From assembly GCA_028748685.1 (NCBI GenBank), contig JAJRDU010000186.1, positions 1-55,725 on the forward strand: DNA of 55,725 nt, in the 5' to 3' direction. The notes below the pieces were generated by a model. The model saw nothing but the letters and a program-made list of their open reading frames with translations. It ran no database searches and was not told where the DNA came from. Positions 49,295 through 55,725 of this stretch are shown piece by piece. The DNA is from Methylococcaceae bacterium. Lineage in GTDB: Bacteria; Pseudomonadota; Gammaproteobacteria; Methylococcales; Methylomonadaceae. A program made the translations under genes and the position numbers. The stretch's first letter is position 1. Each line of letters begins with the position of its first letter.

Positions 49295-50215
49295 ATGGGC
49301 GGCTTTGGATTGTTTGTAACGGTGCTGTTTGTTTTCGCGATACTGATGGTGTTCATGAGTGTCAAATCGGTGCCGCAAGGCATGGAATACACTGTCGAAC
49401 GGTTTGGTAAATACATCAATACCTTGTCGCCGGGCTTGAACATCATCATGCCCATCATCGATAGGATAGGCCGCAAGTTGAACATGATGGAGCAGGTGCT
49501 GGACGTGCCGTCTCAGGAAGTCATCACCAAGGACAACGCCATGGTCAGGGTCGACGGCGTGGTCTTTTATCAGGTCATGGATGCGGCCAAGGCCGCCTAC
49601 GAGATCACTTACCTGGATATGGCCATCATCAACCTGGTGATGACCAACATCCGTACCGTGATGGGTTCGATGGATCTCGACGAACTGCTGTCGCGCCGCG
49701 ACGAAATCAACGCCCGGCTGTTGACGGTGGTCGACGAGGCCACCTCGCCCTGGGGGATTAAAGTCACCCGCATCGAAATCAAGGACATTTCCCCTCCCAA
49801 GGATCTGGTCGATTCCATGGCCCGGCAAATGAAGGCCGAACGGGAAAAACGCGCGCAGATTCTGGAGGCGGAAGGCATGCGGCAGGCGGAAATTCTCAGG
49901 GCGGAAGGCCTGAAACAGGGCGCGATTCTGGATGCCGAGGGCCGTAAGGAAGCCGCTTTCCGCGACGCCGAAGCCCGCGAACGACTGGCCGAAGCCGAAG
50001 CCAAGGCCACCACGATGGTTTCCGAGGCGATAGCCAAGGGTGACGTACAGGCCATCAACTATTTCGTGGCGCAAAAATACATCGAATCCTTGAAAGAAGT
50101 GGCGTCGGCCAACAACAGCAAGTTGATCTTCATGCCGCTGGAAGCCTCCAGCGTGATCGGCGCGCTGGGCGGCATCGGTGAACTGGCCAAAGAAGCCTTG
50201 GGCAAAAAAGGATAA
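49295..50215 (+). CDS. qmcA: SPFH/band 7 membrane protease-regulator QmcA
   Basis: [48 protein letters not shown]; AGGAGG ribosome-binding site. Confidence 0.92.
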   Translation: MGGFGLFVTVLFVFAILMVFMSVKSVPQGMEYTVERFGKYINTLSPGLNIIMPIIDRIGRKLNMMEQVLDVPSQEVITKDNAMVRVDGVVFYQVMDAAKAAYEITYLDMAIINLVMTNIRTVMGSMDLDELLSRRDEINARLLTVVDEATSPWGIKVTRIEIKDISPPKDLVDSMARQMKAEREKRAQILEAEGMRQAEILRAEGLKQGAILDAEGRKEAAFRDAEARERLAEAEAKATTMVSEAIAKGDVQAINYFVAQKYIESLKEVASANNSKLIFMPLEASSVIGALGGIGELAKEALGKKG

Positions 50216-50218
50216 ATC

Positions 50219-50665
50219 ATGGCTGAACAAGAGGTCGTATTCTGGTATTGGTGGGTGTTGGCGGTCGGCTTTCTGGCTGTGGAAATCATCGTCACCGGAT
50301 TCTTTTTCCTGTGGCTGTCGGTATCGGCGTTCATCGTCGGTACCGTGTTGTTGCTGATTCCGGGTACTTCGTTCAATGTGCAGTTGTTTCTTTTCTCGGT
50401 GCTGGCGGTATCGTCGGTGCTGGCCTGGCGCAAATATGCCCGCACTCGCAAGGTCGAGAGCACCGATCACCCGTTTCTGAATAAGCGTGGCGAGCAATAT
50501 GTCGGCAGAACTTTCGATCTTGTCGCGGCGATAGAAAACGGCCAAGGCAAGATCAAGATTGGCGACAGCCACTGGAAAGTTCACGGCGAAGATTGTCCCT
50601 TGGGGTCTAAAGTCAAAGTGGTGGCGGTGAAGGGGACTGTGTTTGAGGTGGAGGTTTGTCGGTGA
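50219..50665 (+). CDS. ybbJ: NfeD/YbbJ family membrane protein
   Basis: WYWW.LA..FL..EI...GFFFLW, LN.RGEQYVGR, G.GKIKIGDSHWKV; paired with SPFH gene. Confidence 0.88.
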   Translation: MAEQEVVFWYWWVLAVGFLAVEIIVTGFFFLWLSVSAFIVGTVLLLIPGTSFNVQLFLFSVLAVSSVLAWRKYARTRKVESTDHPFLNKRGEQYVGRTFDLVAAIENGQGKIKIGDSHWKVHGEDCPLGSKVKVVAVKGTVFEVEVCR

Positions 50666-50763
50666 CTGTTAACATAAACATGCAATTACACGGTAAATTG
50701 CCCTGAATATCCGGGTAGTTTTAACTAAATCAGACAAAATTACCTGATATTCATAGGTAGCAA

Positions 50764-51000
50764 TTGATCATGATCGCGAGAATATTACTCGGCCTTTTTG
50801 GATTGTTGGCGACTCTATTGGGAATATTGATTATTGTATTTGAGTTTAGCTCGACAATACGTTGGTTAAGTATGGGAATTGGGATTTGCTTTTGTATCGT
50901 TGGCGTATGGATACTTCACAAGTCTTACCGCAACACTACTGGAAATGTTACGCAAGGTCTTGGTACTTTCATTGAGAGCTTTTTCAGCGGCTTATATTGA
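50764..51000 (+). CDS. Small AT-rich hypothetical 2-TM membrane protein
   Basis: 78-aa open frame with two hydrophobic helices in a low-GC stretch. Confidence 0.5.
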   Translation: MIMIARILLGLFGLLATLLGILIIVFEFSSTIRWLSMGIGICFCIVGVWILHKSYRNTTGNVTQGLGTFIESFFSGLY

Positions 51001-51074
51001 CAATCTCTTAGTTCGGTAGAGTGAGCTTGCTGGCGGATTTGAAGTCTTGCAAAATAATGTGTCGCTGCTGCGAC

Positions 51075-51310
51075 GGGGGTTTATATGTCGGTTCTCGGAC
51101 CGACAGCCGAGTGGCTTTCTTTTGCTCCGCCAAAAGAAAGTCACCAAAGAAAAGGCGGCCCGGATGCCGCTTGTTTCCTGCGCTCCTCGCTTTTGTACGG
51201 GGTTGCCGGAAGGGGCTTCCCTGCCCCTCCGTCAACGCGATGCTTCCTTGCATCGCCCCTGCCGGCTGTTCCGTTCAAAAGCTCCGGTGCTCGGCGCGGC
51301 AAACGGGAGA
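51075..51310. mobile_element. Non-coding multi-hairpin MITE-like intergenic repeat
   Basis: Hairpins TGTCGGT/ACCGACA, GTGGCTTTCTTTTG/CAAAAGAAAGTCAC, AGGGGC-TTCCCT-GCCCCT, GCGATGC-TTCCTT-GCATCGC; boundaries approximate. Confidence 0.65.
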
Positions 51311-51364
51311 AAACCGATCCCACCGGTAAATTCATCGAGCCAAGTAGGGTACCAGCCTATGCAA

Positions 51365-52990
51365 TTAATGAATCACGCCGCGATTCTTCAATGCTCCGTA
51401 AATATCGTCGACGCTGTACTGGTCGCAATCGAAGGCGATGTCGGTTGCTGAGGGCTTGGCATCCAGGCAGAGACACAATAGTCCTGCGTTCTTGATGGCG
51501 GTGGCAAGTTGGTCGTTGGCTTGTTCCAGTACCGTGGTGGCGTGGCCGGTGTCGAACAGTTTGCGTTCCAGGCGGTAGGCCGCTTCTTTGGCATTCGCGC
51601 CGCTCAAGGCGATGATGCTGGCGGTTTGGCTGAAACGTGTGGCGCGTTCCTCGGCGGAAACCGGCGACCAGTCTTCCTCGCTGGCGTCGCCGGTGATCAT
51701 GCCGGCGCCGACCGTGACGTTGGTCAAGCGGTCGATGACGATGAAGGAACCCGTGGTTTTGTTGCGTTTGTACGGGTCGAATACCACCGGGGCGTTGACC
51801 GCCACGGTGCAAGAGCCGATTTCGTTGAGTTTCAGCTCGTCGGCGTCGTGATGTTCCAGGGTGTTGACGTCGATGCGGTGGTGGATCATCGATACCGAAC
51901 CCGACACGCTGCGCGTTGCCAGTTTGAGTACGTATTGACGGCCAGGCACCATAGATTGCTCGGTCATCCAGACGATGGTGGCCTTGAATTTGTCGGCGAT
52001 GCTGGGCGCGGCTTGCTGTTTGCCGATGATGATGTCGCCGCGGCTGATGTCGATTTCGTCGGTCAGCGTCAAGGTAACCGCCATCGAGGCGAAGGCTTCA
52101 TCCAGTTCGCCGTCGAAGGTGACGATGGACTTGATGTGGCTGGTCTTGCCGGATGGCAGCGCGGTGATCGCATCGCCCTTGTGGAACACGCCGGAAGCGA
52201 CCGTGCCGCAGAAACCGCGGAAATCAAGGTTGGGGCGGTTGACGTATTGCACCGGGAAACGGGCATCGTCGAAGTTGTGGTCGCTGGCTATCTCGATGCT
52301 GTTCAACAGTTCCATCATCGGCATGCCGGTAAACCAGGGCATGTTGGCGCTGGGGTTGACCACGTTGTCGCCGTCCAAGGCCGACATCGGGATGAAATGC
52401 ACGTCGTGCAAATCCAGGGTCTTGATGAAGGCCAAATAGTCGTCCTGAATCTTGCGGAAGGTCTCTTCGCTGTAGCCGACCAAATCCATCTTGTTGATCG
52501 CGACGATGATGTGTTTCAGGCCCAACAACGAGGCTATGAAGCTGTGGCGTTTGGTCTGGGTTTGCACGCCGTAACGGGCGTCGATCAAAATCACCGCCAA
52601 GTCGCAGGTCGAAGCGCCGGTCGCCATGTTGCGGGTGTATTGTTCGTGGCCCGGAGTGTCGGCGATGATGAATTTCCGAGTCGAGGTGGAGAAATAGCGG
52701 TAGGCCACGTCGATGGTGATGCCTTGCTCGCGCTCGGCCTGCAAGCCGTCGACCAGCAAAGCCAAGTCGATTTTGCCGGCGCCAGTGGTGCCGGACTTGA
52801 CGCTGTCCGCCTGCACCGCCGCCAACTGGTCTTCATAGATCATCTTGGAGTCGTGCAGCAGGCGGCCGATCAAGGTGCTCTTGCCGTCGTCGACATTGCC
52901 GCAGGTCAAAAAGCGCAGCAATTCCTTGCGTTCGTGTTGCGCCAGATAGGCGTTGATGTCGGTGGATATTAAATCTGATTGATGAGACAT
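51365..52990 (-). CDS. cysN: Sulfate adenylyltransferase subunit 1 with a degenerate C-terminal CysC-like remnant
   Basis: [52 protein letters not shown]. Confidence 0.96.
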   Translation of the reverse strand: MSHQSDLISTDINAYLAQHERKELLRFLTCGNVDDGKSTLIGRLLHDSKMIYEDQLAAVQADSVKSGTTGAGKIDLALLVDGLQAEREQGITIDVAYRYFSTSTRKFIIADTPGHEQYTRNMATGASTCDLAVILIDARYGVQTQTKRHSFIASLLGLKHIIVAINKMDLVGYSEETFRKIQDDYLAFIKTLDLHDVHFIPMSALDGDNVVNPSANMPWFTGMPMMELLNSIEIASDHNFDDARFPVQYVNRPNLDFRGFCGTVASGVFHKGDAITALPSGKTSHIKSIVTFDGELDEAFASMAVTLTLTDEIDISRGDIIIGKQQAAPSIADKFKATIVWMTEQSMVPGRQYVLKLATRSVSGSVSMIHHRIDVNTLEHHDADELKLNEIGSCTVAVNAPVVFDPYKRNKTTGSFIVIDRLTNVTVGAGMITGDASEEDWSPVSAEERATRFSQTASIIALSGANAKEAAYRLERKLFDTGHATTVLEQANDQLATAIKNAGLLCLCLDAKPSATDIAFDCDQYSVDDIYGALKNRGVIH

Positions 52991-53103
52991 GTGGAAGGAA
53001 TTACCTTAAATTTCAAATTGTACTTAATTGCTAACGCTGTAAAGAAGAATCGACCAACGCATTTTAATTTGACAAAATGATCAATACCAAGGGAGGGTTA
53101 AAA

Positions 53104-53454
53104 TTATTTTTTTGAAAACAAATAGCGAGTGATAACGAGTACAACCCCAAACACTTCTGCCAATGTTCCACCCATAAATAAATTAAGGTGTGTCGAATCT
53201 TGGAAGTGTAAATAATCAATGCCTACTGCTATAAAAATAGCATCCATGGCAACCAATTGACCGATTAGTATCCAAATAAACCAATTGGCATATCGTTTTT
53301 TTAACTCGGTATCTGCAAATTGATCATTGACCTTAGCCTGAGTTAATGGATCAAGACTTTCCAACTCAACTGCTTGATCTTTATGTTTTAATGCAAGACG
53401 TAGTTTTTCAGTGACTTCGGCTAAATCAGGGGCTTGTTGTTTAATGGTCATCAA
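53104..53454 (-). CDS. Hypothetical AT-rich protein with two C-terminal TM helices
   Basis: Soluble N-terminus then WFIWILIGQLVAMDAIFIAVG and LFMGGTLAEVFGVVLVITRYLF; abuts the peptidase gene. Confidence 0.75.
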   Translation of the reverse strand: MMTIKQQAPDLAEVTEKLRLALKHKDQAVELESLDPLTQAKVNDQFADTELKKRYANWFIWILIGQLVAMDAIFIAVGIDYLHFQDSTHLNLFMGGTLAEVFGVVLVITRYLFSKK

Positions 53455-53940
53455 TCAAGAAGCTAAGCTGAGATTTTTTAATCGAAACCGGATTGCATCA
53501 TCGGATACGCCAAAGTGTTGGGCTATTAAAAATGCAGGGAGACCTTGATTGTAGAGGGATCGAACTTCCTTTGCAGGCATGAGTAACTCGGCAGCAAATT
53601 GATTTGCATAAATTTCTTCAGGGTCATTACCTTTAGAGGAAAACTCACTGCGAAAATCGATATACTCGTAATGAGCACCATTGGTTGCCAAACGATAGGC
53701 GTAGTGTCCTATTTCATGAGCACAGCTAAAGCGTTTTCTGTTTTTACTATCAGAGTTACAAAGAAGAATAACAGGGTCTTTCCCTTCATCTTTTATCAAT
53801 GCACCTGAAACATTATCTGGCAGTGCGGTTTCGACTACATCAATTCCCAATTCCCTGGCTATTTGCACTGGATCAACAGGCAACGGCCGACCGTTCCACA
53901 TTGTGGCTAGAAGTTCTGATGCAACAGTATCTGGATTCAC
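53455..53940 (-). CDS. ImmA/IrrE family (DUF955/Peptidase M78) zinc metallopeptidase
   Basis: LPVDP..IA..LGI, R.RFS.AHEIGH (HExxH), E..ANQFAAELLMP, C-terminal IA..FGVS HTH; AGGAG before the GTG start. Confidence 0.9.
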   Translation of the reverse strand: MNPDTVASELLATMWNGRPLPVDPVQIARELGIDVVETALPDNVSGALIKDEGKDPVILLCNSDSKNRKRFSCAHEIGHYAYRLATNGAHYEYIDFRSEFSSKGNDPEEIYANQFAAELLMPAKEVRSLYNQGLPAFLIAQHFGVSDDAIRFRLKNLSLAS

Positions 53941-54002
53941 ATCTAAGCTCCTTTATTTGATTTTAGGGGTACCACATATACAGCATAACGACAAGAAGAG
54001 CA

Positions 54003-54911
54003 TTAAAAATACCCCTCGCGCTTCTTCTGCTCCATCGACCCCGCCTGGTCGTGATCAATCAAGCGCCCTTGGCGTTCGGAAGTGGTAGTCAGCAGCATTT
54101 CCTGGATGATTTCCGGCAAGGTGGTGGCGGTAGATTCGACCGCGCCGGTCAGTGGGTAGCAGCCCAGCGTACGGAAACGCACCATTTTCATCTCGATTTT
54201 GTCGTCCGGGCCGATCGGCATCCTGTCGTCGTCGACCATGATCAGCATGCCGTCCTTGTTGACCACAGGACGTTCCTTGGCGAAATACAGCGGCACGATG
54301 GGGATGTTTTCCAGATGGATGTATTGCCAGATGTCCAGCTCGGTCCAGTTGGACAGCGGGAAGACGCGGATAGATTCGCCCTTGTCGATCTTGCCGTTGA
54401 ACACGTTCCAGAGTTCCGGACGCTGATTTTTCGGGTCCCAGCGGTGGTTCTTGTCGCGGAACGAATAAACGCGTTCCTTGGCGCGGGATTTCTCCTCGTC
54501 GCGGCGGGCGCCGCCGAAAGCCGCGTCGAACTGGTATTTGTTCAAGGCTTGCTTCAGCGCATCGGTTTTCATCACGTCGGTGTGCTTCTTGCTGCCGTGG
54601 GTGAAAGGGCCTATGCCTTGTTCCAGGCCTTCCGGATTGACGTGCACCAGCAAATCCCAGCCCAGATCGGCAGTCATCTTGTCGCGGAACTCGATCATTT
54701 CCCGAAATTTCCAGTTGGTGTCGACGTGCAACAACGGAAACGGAGGTTTGCCGGGGAAGAAGGCCTTGCGGGTCAGATGCAGCATCACCGCCGAGTCCTT
54801 GCCGATGGAATACAGCATCACCGGCTTTTCAAATTCCGCCGCCACTTCGCGGATGATATGTATGCTTTCGGCTTCGAGCTGTTTGAGATGGGTCAGTTTA
54901 TAATCGGTCAT
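54003..54911 (-). CDS. cysD: Sulfate adenylyltransferase subunit 2
   Basis: [62 protein letters not shown]. Confidence 0.97.
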   Translation of the reverse strand: MTDYKLTHLKQLEAESIHIIREVAAEFEKPVMLYSIGKDSAVMLHLTRKAFFPGKPPFPLLHVDTNWKFREMIEFRDKMTADLGWDLLVHVNPEGLEQGIGPFTHGSKKHTDVMKTDALKQALNKYQFDAAFGGARRDEEKSRAKERVYSFRDKNHRWDPKNQRPELWNVFNGKIDKGESIRVFPLSNWTELDIWQYIHLENIPIVPLYFAKERPVVNKDGMLIMVDDDRMPIGPDDKIEMKMVRFRTLGCYPLTGAVESTATTLPEIIQEMLLTTTSERQGRLIDHDQAGSMEQKKREGYF

Positions 54912-55000
54912 CAAATATCCGGGGCGCAGGGCCTGTATGCAATCAAGTGTAAGCCCGCTATTTTAAAGGCAAATCCCCATCAACGCCATCGGCAAAGCTT

Positions 55001-55423
55001 ATGAGACAGATACACGGGCTGGAAAATCTACGCCGGAAACAGCCGGGACTACTAAATGCCCAAAAACTGGCCGAGCTGTTATTGGCCGATTTACGGGATT
55101 GCCGTTGCACTATTTACGGTTGTATCGGCGATAACGACAGGATAGTGCTGGCCGAATTGGATTTGCTGCCGGATAGCCTGGAATACGAGATGTTCGATCA
55201 GCGCATCGATTTGATTGTGGCGGGGCCGATTCTGCGCGCCGACTGCGTGCCGCTGACTTACACACTGCGCGGCGACCTGTTTAGCATCACCGGCCGATGC
55301 TCGATGATCCCTCGGGTGTGTGGCGTGGATTTATATCTCCAGCACAGTTACACCGGCATTGTTGGCGGCATCGCACGGCAAAAATTTTCGATTCCGGTCA
55401 AGCCGCTGTTGCAGATGATTTAG
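55001..55423 (+). CDS. Hypothetical protein
   Basis: 140-aa ORF with host-like codon use filling the gap, divergent from cysD and convergent with trxC. Confidence 0.65.
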   Translation: MRQIHGLENLRRKQPGLLNAQKLAELLLADLRDCRCTIYGCIGDNDRIVLAELDLLPDSLEYEMFDQRIDLIVAGPILRADCVPLTYTLRGDLFSITGRCSMIPRVCGVDLYLQHSYTGIVGGIARQKFSIPVKPLLQMI

Positions 55424-55438
55424 ATGTTGGACAGCGCT

Positions 55439-55725
55439 TCAACACCGGCTTTTCGCCCAGCGCACGATGTCCTGCGCGCCCAGCGCACCGGATTGCCGAG
55501 CCAATTCACGGCCGCCCTTGAATAGAATCATTGTGGGGATGCTGCGAATGTCGTAGCGGGCGCTGAGTTGAGCTTCCATCTCGGTATTGACTTTGCCTAG
55601 GCGTATCTGAGGTTCCAGCAATTGCGCGGCCTGGGCGAAAGCCGGCGCCATCATCTTGCATGGGCCGCACCAGGATGCCCAGAAGTCGACCAGCAGCGGA
55701 ATGTCGTTTCGGGCCAGGTGTTTTT
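55439..55725 (-). CDS. trxC: Thioredoxin 2 (TrxC-like), 5' end outside window
   Basis: Reading to the window edge gives ...DIPLLVDFWASWCGPCKMMAPAF...IRSIPTMILFKGGRELARQSGA. Confidence 0.85.
   Translation of the reverse strand, partial: KHLARNDIPLLVDFWASWCGPCKMMAPAFAQAAQLLEPQIRLGKVNTEMEAQLSARYDIRSIPTMILFKGGRELARQSGALGAQDIVRWAKSRC

Noticed and set aside
49283-50584. 433-aa ORF on the - strand
   Set aside because: Antisense shadow of qmcA-ybbJ.
51008-51495. Several overlapping short ORFs
   Set aside because: They are translations of the hairpin repeat element, not credible genes.
51509-52972. 487-aa ORF on the + strand
   Set aside because: Antisense shadow of cysN, typical of GC3-rich genes; no recognisable motifs.
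54051-55004. 317-aa ORF on the + strand
   Set aside because: Antisense shadow of cysD.

Overview
Chromosomal window from a GC-rich gammaproteobacterium. Gene content and the repeat types suggest Methylococcales (Methylomonas-like), which is an inference. Most of it is housekeeping: the 3' end of rep, degQ, rpmB-rpmG, gshB-tonB-yqgE-ruvX-pyrR-pyrB-pyrC', nudE/yrfG, rhlB-trxA-rho, moaCDE, rlmH-maf-rng-yhdP-nitrilase, qmcA/nfeD, cysD-cysN and trxC. A MoxR-DUF58-Bat operon is interrupted by a large diguanylate cyclase/phosphodiesterase and by an RND pump pair with no outer-membrane factor. No rRNA, tRNA, CRISPR array or transposase was found. The most unusual signals are: (1) short hairpin repeats sharing an (A/T)TCC(C/T)T loop, inserted in frame inside yhdP (apparently nested) and maf, and also present in a free-standing intergenic MITE-like element; (2) a candidate ~190-nt sRNA with a sigma70 promoter, a RegA/PrrA-like box, AAN-rich Hfq-type motifs and its own terminator; (3) an AT-rich ImmA/IrrE peptidase plus 2TM-protein cassette splitting cysD from cysN; (4) a YddA/SbmA-like transporter whose ATPase motifs are all degenerate, paired with a cytoplasmic GH5 glucanase; (5) dispersed inverted heptamer repeats.
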